A stretch of 64,000 bases of DNA from Acidobacteria bacterium UBA2990 (GCA_002347025.1 DEAE01000016.1:6877-70876), one strand, 5' to 3'; positions 38,466 to 47,655 are shown, counted from the first letter of the stretch. Notes: a model not told the origin generated them from the sequence alone. Translations and numbers: made by a program.

Positions 38466-39545
38466 CTACTGTTCCGGGTTCGTGGAGTCCGAAGCCTCCG
38501 CTAGCTGGTCCAATGAAAGGTCGTCATCCTTGGACAAGGACACAGTGACAACAGACCCAATAACTCGGTCGATTTCGACTGGTGCAAGGCCATCACCTGG
38601 CGATTTCACAGCAACATCATCGGCGGTCAAGCGATGTCCTAGAGCTATATCGCGCGCCGCAACCAACTTCTTTCCCATCTTCACGACTGGGGCCGATTCG
38701 CTCGCAAAGACAGTCTTACGCCCATCTCCCAAGCTCTGCCGTGCGCGCTCCAAATCCCTAGTCATTTTCTTCATACCAACTGGTTCAAGCGAGAACACAT
38801 GGTCAGTGCCCTTCATTGCACGGTTAAGAGTGAAGTGCTTCTCGATTACGCGTGCACCCAAAACATATGTCACCAATGGCATCGCGATGCCATTGTCATG
38901 ACCCGAGTAACCGACAACAATATCTGGGAACTGCTTGCGATAAGTTTCGACAACCCGAAGATTGAGTTCGTCAAATTCCGCCGGATAGCCACAGGTGCAC
39001 TGCATGAGACAAAGCTGCGAATTGATCGGCATGATGGTCTCATAAGCACGTATGACATCTTCCATCGATCCACCACCAGTGCTAACAATCAGCGGCTTAC
39101 CAAACCCGGCGATATGACGTAGCAATGGCAGGTTCCGCAAGTCAGCGGACGCCACCTTATAGGCCGGCATATCAAGCATTTCCAGCATGTCGGCACTAGC
39201 AACATCAAACGCAGTGGCAAAGAAGTCTAGACCCAATTCAGCCGCATACTGCTGTAATTCAACATACTGTTCTCGGTCGAACTCAAGAGCCTCTCGGTGT
39301 TGACCGTATGTTGCACCGAAGCTATTCTCGTTCTCGTACGGCCGGTCGAACGCCGCCTGGGTAAACAGCCCGCGGTTATCTCGCTTCTGCAGCTTCACAG
39401 CACTGACCCCACAGGCCTGTGCCTGCTTGAACATCTCCTTAGCTGTTTCAAGCTTGCCTTGGTGATTGTGGCCCACTTCTGCAATCACGTAGGCAGGGCT
39501 ACGGTCGTTTACAACATGCCGTCCCAGCTTCAACTCGCGTGCCAT
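38466..39545 (-). CDS. NeuB-family ulosonic (sialic-acid-type) acid synthase with C-terminal SAF domain
   Basis: YVIAEVGHNHQG....AKEM.......GV.AVKLQKR is the NeuB TIM-barrel signature. A C-terminal SAF-like segment (..L..DD...K.PGDGL.P) is also present. ATG 39545 is preferred over the track's TTG at 39560 (GGAG lies upstream). Confidence 0.85.
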   Translation of the reverse strand: MARELKLGRHVVNDRSPAYVIAEVGHNHQGKLETAKEMFKQAQACGVSAVKLQKRDNRGLFTQAAFDRPYENENSFGATYGQHREALEFDREQYVELQQYAAELGLDFFATAFDVASADMLEMLDMPAYKVASADLRNLPLLRHIAGFGKPLIVSTGGGSMEDVIRAYETIMPINSQLCLMQCTCGYPAEFDELNLRVVETYRKQFPDIVVGYSGHDNGIAMPLVTYVLGARVIEKHFTLNRAMKGTDHVFSLEPVGMKKMTRDLERARQSLGDGRKTVFASESAPVVKMGKKLVAARDIALGHRLTADDVAVKSPGDGLAPVEIDRVIGSVVTVSLSKDDDLSLDQLAEASDSTNPEQ

Positions 39546-39699
39546 CACCCGTTTCTCCAAATTCGGAATTCATTCTTACCAAAAAATATTTAGCATTCTA
39601 GCCATGCCACCAGCGCAGAAGCCATTCTCTAGGGTTGGCATTGGTCACTCGCTGCCCTCCTACTGCCCTTGACCGGCCCTCGAGACCCCGTCCCTGACT

Positions 39700-40647
39700 T
39701 CATAACATCTTGATCCTAGCCACTAGTGAATCCCATCCCATAGCAGTGGACGCTGTTGCACGAGCATTGCCGGCAAGTGAACCTAGAATATCAGGTGACA
39801 CGGGCAGACCATCACACCGGTTGATATCGATCACATTATGCATATGCCCAAACACCTCTGGCGAATATTCATCAAGATTAGTAACAACGACTGCTCCACA
39901 GTCCATAGCTGCATTGACTGTTGTGTTGTTCGCGCGGACCCCTTTTTCAAAGAATGCCGTGAAAAAAGTTGTGTCGAGCAAATAGTTGTAGACCGCCGTG
40001 TCTGACAAATAGCCCAAGAAATAGATCTTGTTGCCATAGATTTTCTTCAACTCTTCAAACACCGCCGTAAAACTCTCATCGAAGGCGGTCCCTTCGTGGA
40101 GGGCCGTGGAGAGATACACCGAATAAGGCCGACCGGTCTTTTCGAGCAGGGCCTGGAACGTGCGGTGTAATTCCGGACGAACCTTATGAGCCATCCCAAA
40201 TGCAAACACCGAAATACCGTCCGACGCAAACCGCTGTGGTTCCAGTAGTGTCGATGGGCACCACAACTTCTCGACAGCGGCTCGGCGATTTCGCAGGCTG
40301 GCCACCAATTCGTCGTTCCCGCAAAATACCACTTCCGCCAGAGAGAGCAGCAGTTGCTCTGTTGGTGTTTCTGTCCACTCATGCAAGAAAAGCGCGAAGT
40401 GATCCCTCCACGGCGCAGTCTCTACAAGTGATGCAAGGGCCTCAGCATCGGCCTCCGCGAACTCAGAAATCTTGACAGACAGCAGAGGCCGCCGCAGCGC
40501 AGCTGCTCTATTATCAAACAAACCAAAGATCTGAACCTCCAGATGCCTGGCCAACATCACGTTAAACTTGGCAACGCCACATGTCAGCGGGTTCAAGTGG
40601 TAACCGACCACCCCATCGACATCACCACCGAACGCTGTTTCGCTCAC
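39700..40647 (-). CDS. hypothetical protein, possibly a divergent GT-B-like glycosyltransferase
   Basis: The product is 315 aa. The only hints are a C-terminal ..GVRANNTTVNAAMDCGAVVVTN.. segment resembling the EX7E region of GT4 enzymes, and ATGA coupling to the upstream gene. Confidence 0.35.
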   Translation of the reverse strand: MSETAFGGDVDGVVGYHLNPLTCGVAKFNVMLARHLEVQIFGLFDNRAAALRRPLLSVKISEFAEADAEALASLVETAPWRDHFALFLHEWTETPTEQLLLSLAEVVFCGNDELVASLRNRRAAVEKLWCPSTLLEPQRFASDGISVFAFGMAHKVRPELHRTFQALLEKTGRPYSVYLSTALHEGTAFDESFTAVFEELKKIYGNKIYFLGYLSDTAVYNYLLDTTFFTAFFEKGVRANNTTVNAAMDCGAVVVTNLDEYSPEVFGHMHNVIDINRCDGLPVSPDILGSLAGNARATASTAMGWDSLVARIKML

Positions 40648-41759
40648 CGTTGATTCTCCGGCTTTTCATAAACCAAGACGCGCCCTTTTCCCATCCAGTC
40701 AATTTTCGACTCAAGATCCTGACAACGACGAAAGCCTTCCAGCACAAACAGCACCCTCAAAAAATCCTTGTTGAGCAAAGTTATATGGGAAGGGTCAACC
40801 TCAAACTGGGTTGTCACATCCAGTAGTCCATTGGGGTCTGGGTGAAACCTCGTCGTGACATATACGTATCGGGAACTAATCCGACACAGATTTCTGACCG
40901 TCTCACGTACCTGCAAGACTGTAAGGTGTTCCATCACTTCGCGGCAGATAACAAGCTGGTAGGTATTGTCAGCAAACAGCTCAGGGTCGGCCGTGGTTCC
41001 CACTATAATCCGCTCTCTGACCTCAGGAGGGGCAAGATCGCGGCAGCTAGGGCTAAAATCGACGCCATCAGCCATAATGCCTTGCTCTTGCAGCAAATAC
41101 AGCAATACCCCTGGGCCACAGCCCACATCAAGCACGGATTCCGGTTGAAACACCTCCTTGACCACTTCCGGATGCCGCCCTTCGATCTTACGTCGAGCCT
41201 CGATCGTGTAGTCGTTATCTCCTTCTCGCCAATCACTGACAAAATACTCTGCATCATAGTGGGACGCCTGAACTGGCGCCTGCGAGCTCACAAGCTGCTC
41301 AAAGTCACAGACCTCACCGTCTGCGTCCCTCCCCAGTTGATACCGACGGAGTAATTCAGTCGAAGAGTCCAACACCGTGTCCAAGAACACGATCTCGATA
41401 CCATGTTCTACACAGATTCGGTCCTGTTCGGAAGGCAGGCGCCCCTGCCAGTCCTTCCCCTTGATGTAATGAGTTGGCCTGAGTTCTCTCAAAACCGTGC
41501 CGGTATCGCAATGGCTCACCATCGTATAGTCGATGACAGACAAGGCATCGATGACCAAGGCGCGCTCTGCACCACCCAGCAACGGAGGGTGTTTCGTAGC
41601 AACATAACTATCTGAAGCGATGTTGCACAATAACGGCATGCCAAGCGCACGAGCTTGCCTGAAATACTCAATATGTCCATGATGCAAAGGGTCAAATGCG
41701 CCGTCCACCATTGCGACACGGCCCCTATACTCTTTCAATTCATCAAATTCGAGAATCAT
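40644..41759 (-). CDS. fusion: HxGH cytidylyl/adenylyl-transferase (TagD / RfaE-domain-II-like) + class I SAM methyltransferase
   Basis: The N-terminus (VAMVDGAFDPLHHGHIEYFRQA..LG..L........D......K.......R...........VD.........KG.DW) is nucleotidyltransferase-like. The C-terminus has VLDVGCGPGVLL......G....GVDFS, methyltransferase motif I. Confidence 0.7.
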   Translation of the reverse strand: MILEFDELKEYRGRVAMVDGAFDPLHHGHIEYFRQARALGMPLLCNIASDSYVATKHPPLLGGAERALVIDALSVIDYTMVSHCDTGTVLRELRPTHYIKGKDWQGRLPSEQDRICVEHGIEIVFLDTVLDSSTELLRRYQLGRDADGEVCDFEQLVSSQAPVQASHYDAEYFVSDWREGDNDYTIEARRKIEGRHPEVVKEVFQPESVLDVGCGPGVLLYLLQEQGIMADGVDFSPSCRDLAPPEVRERIIVGTTADPELFADNTYQLVICREVMEHLTVLQVRETVRNLCRISSRYVYVTTRFHPDPNGLLDVTTQFEVDPSHITLLNKDFLRVLFVLEGFRRCQDLESKIDWMGKGRVLVYEKPENQR

Positions 41760-41777
41760 AAATAGTTTCTAATGCCT

Positions 41778-43997
41778 CTACGACAAGACACGCATGCGCG
41801 AGGCTAATGCAGGAGAGATAATCGGCTCCGCGATACCACTATCAGCCCCATCTAGTGTGTCACACAGCAACTCGACCATCGATAATTCCTTCACATCTAG
41901 AGTTACAAGGGAGGTGCCCAGATGCCTTGCCAAGCGTCGAGACACATCAAGATGAGTTGGCACCAGCTCGGCTTCATTCGAAAACAAACCGATAGTCGGC
42001 ACACCATAGAAGGGTCCAAGATAGGACAGCCCACCATATGTCCCAACAAATGCTCGAGACCGGGCAATAATCGAGCTTTGAACCTCAAGATTAGTCGTTG
42101 GCGTCATTAAGTGGTCGACCGTATGAATGCCCCTGCCGACTCCAGGATCGAAATCACGATGATCATCGACGCTCAAGCCAGTGTTCAGAAGTACCACGGG
42201 CATACGATTCGCTAGCCTCTTTATCATTCGAACAACTAGCCCGCGGTTTTCAGGCGTATCAGGAAATGATGGGCGAAAATAGAAACGGACCGCTATGAAT
42301 TTCTCTGGCAGGGTCTTGGCTAGAGCGTCGCCCCCAGTCGCAGGCATGGTCCGATAGACTGAATGCTTGTTTAATAAGCTAATCGCTCCTTTCTCATACC
42401 AGTAATAGCGGAGCAAACGATACATAATCGATGGATGTATAACGTTGACGTCGGTGAGACCGCGACGATTTTTTACAAGATTGACAATAAACTCATCGAA
42501 TGTTCCAGAAACCATCTGTTTTTGGTTGCCGCCGTCCCTCCATCTAGCATCATTGCGCTTACGGAACTGTTTCAGCGACATCATGCCGAAAATATCTTCG
42601 TGGTGCTCGGCAAAGTCTCGATACCAAGCGTGTGCGCCACCACGAGATACGACAATCAGCCGATCGCGGTCGATCTCGAATTCCTTGGTAGCCCACACCA
42701 GAAACGGAATCCAGTAAAGCACCTCAAAGCCAACCTCAGACAGCCATGGTCCGACAATGATCGGCCCTTGACCGCTCGAGGCAACTTTCAAAGCCTTTCG
42801 CATCGAGAAGACTTCAGGCCCGGATGGAACTTGATGAATTTCTTCGCGAGCCAACCAGGGAATCACCCAACCACGCATCAGTGGCAATGAAACCAAAATC
42901 CTGAGCAGAACACGACCTAGTGGAAAAGTTGCTGAACGAACCAAATCGCCCAACCTCACTCTCATGTCGCGCACGAACTTACGTCTCCCTTCATCCGTAG
43001 TAGCAACCTGCCGGCATTGTCTTTCAAGTTTTCCACAGAAGCGCATCGACCTTCTGAAAACACCTCGGCACTTTACATAAATCGGCTTCAAGAATGTTGC
43101 ATGCTCAAAGAGATCGACACGCAATTGCTTAAGTTGCTGCCTGGCATGCAGCAGACCAGCCAGCCATAGGTATCTAACACCAAACCTGAATCCAACAACA
43201 CGACCGATACGTGGGCAACATTGCCCGAGAACACCGAGGTTCCAACTCAGCACCGCAGCGTGGCCAATCCACCAAGGTAAGAATGCATACAAAGGCCGTC
43301 CATCGGGAAAGAACGCACGGCGTTGTCGTCCTAGACTAAAGATAGGACCATACCATCGCCTAAACCAAAGCACTTCTGGAACCTGCTGAAATTGTCCCTC
43401 AAGGGCAAGCTCCATCAGCAATAAGCGGTCCGGCACCAGCACCCGGCGAAAAACGCCGGCTCGTTTGATGGCGTCGGCTCTCCCTAGACCATAAATCATA
43501 TTGCCAGCGGACATATGCCTCATCGTCAACCGAAAACGGGTCCGGATATCATTAAGACCTACCGTCTCGAACATCCAAGGCTTCTTCTCGGTTAAACCAT
43601 CTGGTCCAATCCGATGGTTCTGGGGATATGCCAAAACCACGCCGGGTGATTGATCGAGAGCCCTAACAAGAACCTGTAACCAACGAGGATGCCAGATGTC
43701 GTGATCACTAGCCCAGGCAAAGTATTCCGCCGCAGGCACCTGCTCCATCGCCAAGCAGAACACTCGACGCCAATTGCCGATCATGCCCAAGCGCCTAGGG
43801 TTGCGGGAATACGTGATCCGTGAATCGTGTTTAGCGTATTCCTGAACGATATTTCCAGTCCCATCGGTCGACTGGTCGTCGACACACACAAGCCGGAAGT
43901 CCAGGAATGACTGGATCAGCAGTGATTCCAACGCTTCTGGCAGATCTTCAGCATGATTGTAAAGTGGTAGCCCAATGACGACTCGGGTCACACTCAT
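41778..43997 (-). CDS. fusion: GT2 (GT-A) glycosyltransferase + hydrophobic/basic linker + family-B GT9-like domain (B1, approx 41781..42770)
   Basis: The N-terminus (VVIGLPLYNHAEDLPEALESLL.QSF.DF.LVCVDD.STDGT, then ASDHD) is GT2-like. From about residue 405, GPIIVGPWLSEVGFEVLYWIPFL ... FIAVRFY ... FVGTYGGLSYLGPFYGVPTIGLFS matches the C-terminal domains of 47652..50348 and 50345..52219. Confidence 0.7.
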   Translation of the reverse strand: MSVTRVVIGLPLYNHAEDLPEALESLLIQSFLDFRLVCVDDQSTDGTGNIVQEYAKHDSRITYSRNPRRLGMIGNWRRVFCLAMEQVPAAEYFAWASDHDIWHPRWLQVLVRALDQSPGVVLAYPQNHRIGPDGLTEKKPWMFETVGLNDIRTRFRLTMRHMSAGNMIYGLGRADAIKRAGVFRRVLVPDRLLLMELALEGQFQQVPEVLWFRRWYGPIFSLGRQRRAFFPDGRPLYAFLPWWIGHAAVLSWNLGVLGQCCPRIGRVVGFRFGVRYLWLAGLLHARQQLKQLRVDLFEHATFLKPIYVKCRGVFRRSMRFCGKLERQCRQVATTDEGRRKFVRDMRVRLGDLVRSATFPLGRVLLRILVSLPLMRGWVIPWLAREEIHQVPSGPEVFSMRKALKVASSGQGPIIVGPWLSEVGFEVLYWIPFLVWATKEFEIDRDRLIVVSRGGAHAWYRDFAEHHEDIFGMMSLKQFRKRNDARWRDGGNQKQMVSGTFDEFIVNLVKNRRGLTDVNVIHPSIMYRLLRYYWYEKGAISLLNKHSVYRTMPATGGDALAKTLPEKFIAVRFYFRPSFPDTPENRGLVVRMIKRLANRMPVVLLNTGLSVDDHRDFDPGVGRGIHTVDHLMTPTTNLEVQSSIIARSRAFVGTYGGLSYLGPFYGVPTIGLFSNEAELVPTHLDVSRRLARHLGTSLVTLDVKELSMVELLCDTLDGADSGIAEPIISPALASRMRVLS

Positions 43998-45073
43998 AGC
44001 CTAACTCGACGCCACCCCACGACATGCTTATAGCCACTCTTTGGTAAATCGGCACCAGCGTCGAGCATCTTGGGATAACTGACCGGAAGCATCTTAACTT
44101 CATGCGGCCAGTAATATTCGCCAATTATCGAACGAACATTACTCAGTTCGCGATTGTGATGTGAGCGGTCACGGTTCAGGCTATAGAGATACGGACACTC
44201 TAGCTCGTAAGCATGGCGCACGTAGGCATGCACCTGCTGAGTAGTCATTTCCTGAAACGACACCATATTTAGCATCAAGTCGACCTGCTCTGGTTTCGAC
44301 TCAGCGTGGAACGTATCAGGAAGAAACACAAAATCAAATTCTTGCCAGTTATCGAAGGTTTCGCCAGCAGGAACCTCTCCGTAGAAGCGCACTCTAGCCT
44401 CAGGAAAAGCAGCCAACAGGTAGGTAGCTGAAAAAAGAAATAACTCCGGAAAATCAGTGATCACATAAGTTACATTGGGACACAAAGTCTTTAGCTGATA
44501 CGCAAACCCACCCCACCCAGCTCCAATCTCCCATACCAACCTTCGCTCAGTACTGTCACGAAACTCCGCAAGCACCGCTCCTGAATGCAGTGCGACCAGA
44601 ACCTCATAGAACTTCAGTGTGTCGATGTTGACAAGTTCACCATCGATTTCGAATCCGAATCCCCCCAGAAGAGGGGCTTCTGGCAACCACAAGTCAGCCT
44701 GATCTAGATCGCGAAGAGCCTCTAATTTTTCAGCAAACTGCTGGCGCTTCGTATCCAGACTAACCCTGTAATGCTGGGGCAGCAATCCCGTTAAGTTGTG
44801 CGTATGGTGCCTAAGCTGAGCAATCACCAACGGCGATGCATCCAGCATGTAATCAAACCTAGACAACTCACCAGACCAATAGTCACTCGGCACATGACCA
44901 CTGGACCTTCTGTTGTGCCCAAGAGCCAATTGGGCAATCACATGTCGGCGCACTCGAAGATATGCTTGATAAGCATGGGCATCCCGAGCCACCTGCAGGC
45001 GACGCTGCAGCTCTTTTTCCGCCAGGTCTGCCTTTGGCTCAGCGCCTGTCGTCATAGCACTCCGTTCTAACAA
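43994..45073 (-). CDS. putative class I SAM-dependent (sugar O-) methyltransferase
   Basis: VWEIGAGWGGFAYQL......V.YVITDFPE resembles a methyltransferase motif I plus an acidic post-I residue. The rest is unrecognised. It is ATGA-coupled to the GT2-B1 gene. Confidence 0.5.
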   Translation of the reverse strand: MLERSAMTTGAEPKADLAEKELQRRLQVARDAHAYQAYLRVRRHVIAQLALGHNRRSSGHVPSDYWSGELSRFDYMLDASPLVIAQLRHHTHNLTGLLPQHYRVSLDTKRQQFAEKLEALRDLDQADLWLPEAPLLGGFGFEIDGELVNIDTLKFYEVLVALHSGAVLAEFRDSTERRLVWEIGAGWGGFAYQLKTLCPNVTYVITDFPELFLFSATYLLAAFPEARVRFYGEVPAGETFDNWQEFDFVFLPDTFHAESKPEQVDLMLNMVSFQEMTTQQVHAYVRHAYELECPYLYSLNRDRSHHNRELSNVRSIIGEYYWPHEVKMLPVSYPKMLDAGADLPKSGYKHVVGWRRVRL

Positions 45074-45079
45074 AAACAG

Positions 45080-46708
45080 TCACCGAGGGTTCTGGCTCTG
45101 CTCTGATTGGGTCTTAGGCACATCACCGGATGCACTTACCGCATCTAACGCCGCCTTCGTCAATTGGGGTCGCTCTATCGTCCGAGACAAGCGGGGCAAG
45201 CGCCACTCCTGCTTAAGGCGTCCCCACCTGTTAATCATGAAACGAATCAACCGTTTCTTAAGCCTCTTGCGACTAGCTGCAAGCCCAATAGCCCACAAAA
45301 ACGCCTTAAGGGGGACGAGAAGCCCTGACACAGCGTCTGGCGGAATCGGCGCTACATGGTCTAGTCCCTCCAGCGCAGTTACGAACCGTGGTGTAGCGGG
45401 TACGTCAAATCCATGAGGCCTCACAAAGGCTTCAATGAATCGCCGACTTGAATGCGATCCACCAGTATCAATTATCGACACAAGCTGAGAGACGTGCTCA
45501 TCGAGGCTCGTCGCTCGTTGTAGATGTCCGCCATTCTCAGGCAGTAGATACTGGAAATGAAGAGTGCCAGTCTGTGTTCGGTCGAAAGAAGAGTCTATGA
45601 TTGTGAATACGGGTCGGTCTTGTATGCCGGCCTCAATCATTGCCGAGGTATTGATACCCACCACGGCCATACTGTGATGGAGGGTGTCGTAGTAATCGGC
45701 CCTGTCATCATCATCAACTGGGTTGGCACCTTGGTTCGGAAATACCACAACACTTCTATAACCTGTCAAATCAACATTCTGCCAATGGTTTGAATTATAG
45801 GGATGTGGCCTAATAAGGATCCCCAGTGTGCTCAGCGTTCCCGGTCCAAGACGGATCGCTTCAATCCACCGTTTCACGAACCGAACCTCAGTATCAGGGG
45901 CGGAAATCGAGGCCGTGGACCCAACAAAAACGATAAATGCTTCATCTACCGGAAGACCAACACGGCGGCAAAATCTTTCGCGAGACAGACGAGGCTTCCG
46001 ATCAAACCAACGATCAAAACACTGTGCGCCAGTAATAGCGATCCTGTCACCAGAAGCAGCATGAAACTCAATGGCCTCTCTCCGCTGATGGTGGTTCCAC
46101 AAAGTAACCAAATCCGGTTGAATACGCATGAGCCCCTTGGTCGTTAGGTGATCCCAAGAAGCGACGCCCAAGACGCTCGGTATCCCAACCCTCCTAGCCG
46201 ATTTAATCATATCGACCTGTGGACATTGATCGGTGACAAGAGGTGAGACAATAAGCACATCTGGGCTCACCTGTTGAAGAAACGAATCGAGATTCTTGTT
46301 ACTTGGAATCGCACGTTCACAAGCATCAAGCAAGGCAAGCAAGCGGCGAGTCTTACCTTCGGTGCTCATCTGCCACCGACCCAAGAATCGTGTCAAAGGA
46401 GGCAACACCTTACGCATTCGATTCCGCAGGTAGGGTGAGTCCGCAAAGCGAGGATGCAGATAGCGGATGTAATCCACTGTCCCACGTACACCACGAGCCA
46501 CTGGCTCCCAAACATCAGCTCGAACTGGAGTCCTACCCAGCACCTCGACCGCCCGGCCTGAGGCCTTAAATGCTGCAAGTCCTTCAGCCTGCTTGTGAGG
46601 TTGATCGAAGGCAACGGACACCTGGTGGCCGCGGGTCAATAGAGCCTCGACAACCGAATCAAAATAGCGCAGATAGCCTGGATACTGGAGGACAAACAAG
46701 AACTTCAT
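45080..46708 (-). CDS. family A paralog 1: uncharacterised GT-B-like transferase (542 aa) with basic C-terminal tail
   Basis: It starts MKFLFVLQYPGYLRYF.....L..RGHQV. Other motifs are GIPSVLGVASWDHLTTKG, FIVFVGSTAS, ILIRPHPYN, VVGINTSAMIEAGIQDRPVFTI and GTLHFQYLL. It is collinear with the N-terminal half of 47652..50348, and more distantly with 53069..54586. Confidence 0.6.
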   Translation of the reverse strand: MKFLFVLQYPGYLRYFDSVVEALLTRGHQVSVAFDQPHKQAEGLAAFKASGRAVEVLGRTPVRADVWEPVARGVRGTVDYIRYLHPRFADSPYLRNRMRKVLPPLTRFLGRWQMSTEGKTRRLLALLDACERAIPSNKNLDSFLQQVSPDVLIVSPLVTDQCPQVDMIKSARRVGIPSVLGVASWDHLTTKGLMRIQPDLVTLWNHHQRREAIEFHAASGDRIAITGAQCFDRWFDRKPRLSRERFCRRVGLPVDEAFIVFVGSTASISAPDTEVRFVKRWIEAIRLGPGTLSTLGILIRPHPYNSNHWQNVDLTGYRSVVVFPNQGANPVDDDDRADYYDTLHHSMAVVGINTSAMIEAGIQDRPVFTIIDSSFDRTQTGTLHFQYLLPENGGHLQRATSLDEHVSQLVSIIDTGGSHSSRRFIEAFVRPHGFDVPATPRFVTALEGLDHVAPIPPDAVSGLLVPLKAFLWAIGLAASRKRLKKRLIRFMINRWGRLKQEWRLPRLSRTIERPQLTKAALDAVSASGDVPKTQSEQSQNPR

Positions 46709-47655
46709 CTCACCGCCTCTGCCGGCACCGCACTACCCGGTTGGCCCTGCTCATCAACAGGCACCAGCATAAGGTCGAAACGAGTGAACTTACCGAACAC
46801 ATTCTTAATACGGTTCCCAGGCGCCTGATACGCCAGAGCTGAAGTCAGGGTCGGAAAATTCGAAGCTACGTCCTCGCGGAGAAACACCGCATTAACCCGT
46901 TCACTCGTAACTAACCGGTAGCCTTTCCGACGTCCCAAGCGGACCATCGCCTCAAGTGAGGCACCACGATAAGCTCGAGTTGGAGCAGTCTTGATAAAGA
47001 AATTTGGATCATAGGGAATCGTTGCCGAGACAGTAGGACCTAATAAATAGTTGTATTCAATGATAACCACCCTTGGTCGGCAGATAGTGAGGGCATCCCA
47101 AAGCCAAAAATCATTACCGTCAACATCTAGACTCAGGAGATCAATCTCACCTCGGAAACCAGCCTCCGCCAACACAGTATTGATATTCTCTCGAGACATC
47201 CGATGGGATTCCGTCAGAACATCCTCACTGGCGAAACGAACAGCCACCTTTTCAACTGCGGCTGGCTGTGCATCGATCATTAAACCGCTCCAACCGCACT
47301 CCTGAGCAAGAAACCCGGAGTTTCCTCCGTTGACTCCACAACCAATCTCAACGAACCGGCTATTCGTGATACCCACCTGCTTGAAAAGTTCGACCAACAA
47401 CCCGTCTTCCTCATTCTGGGACGTAACACCAAATCGACGAGAGCGAAGAAGTTTTCTTGGTGGCAAGTCAACATCTTCGAGAAACATCCTGCGAGCGACC
47501 GCACTCACAGTTCGATGCGTCTTCTGGAGTTCAACCATCGAACGTTCGAGACGTTCGAGACGTTCGAGTACCTTGTCCAGGCGGTCAGCAAGATCCGCAC
47601 CAGTCGACCTGCCAAGAATTCGCTCCCAAAGCTTTGTCAAATTCATCAGTCTCAC
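46705..47655 (-). CDS. family C paralog 2: coiled coil + FkbM-like methyltransferase-like domain
   Basis: It shows SQNEEDGLLVELF..VG.TNSRFVEIGCGVNGGNSGFL....GWSGLMIDA ... IDLLSLDVDGNDFWLWDAL. The N-terminus contains LERLERLER. It has 4-nt overlaps with both neighbours. Confidence 0.6.
   Translation of the reverse strand: MRLMNLTKLWERILGRSTGADLADRLDKVLERLERLERSMVELQKTHRTVSAVARRMFLEDVDLPPRKLLRSRRFGVTSQNEEDGLLVELFKQVGITNSRFVEIGCGVNGGNSGFLAQECGWSGLMIDAQPAAVEKVAVRFASEDVLTESHRMSRENINTVLAEAGFRGEIDLLSLDVDGNDFWLWDALTICRPRVVIIEYNYLLGPTVSATIPYDPNFFIKTAPTRAYRGASLEAMVRLGRRKGYRLVTSERVNAVFLREDVASNFPTLTSALAYQAPGNRIKNVFGKFTRFDLMLVPVDEQGQPGSAVPAEAVR
47542..47568. repeat. perfect 3 x 9-bp tandem repeat (acgttcgag) inside family C paralog 2
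   Basis: 47542..47550, 47551..47559 and 47560..47568 are identical. On the minus strand the unit reads CTCGAACGT and encodes LER-LER-LER in the coiled-coil segment. Confidence 0.95.

Noticed and set aside
39546-39699. Internal promoter in the 139-154-bp gap upstream of the NeuB-like gene (TAGAAT-like -10)
   Set aside because: Only a weak -35 candidate (TGGCTT, 18-bp spacing) is present. It is plausible but not supportable from sequence alone.
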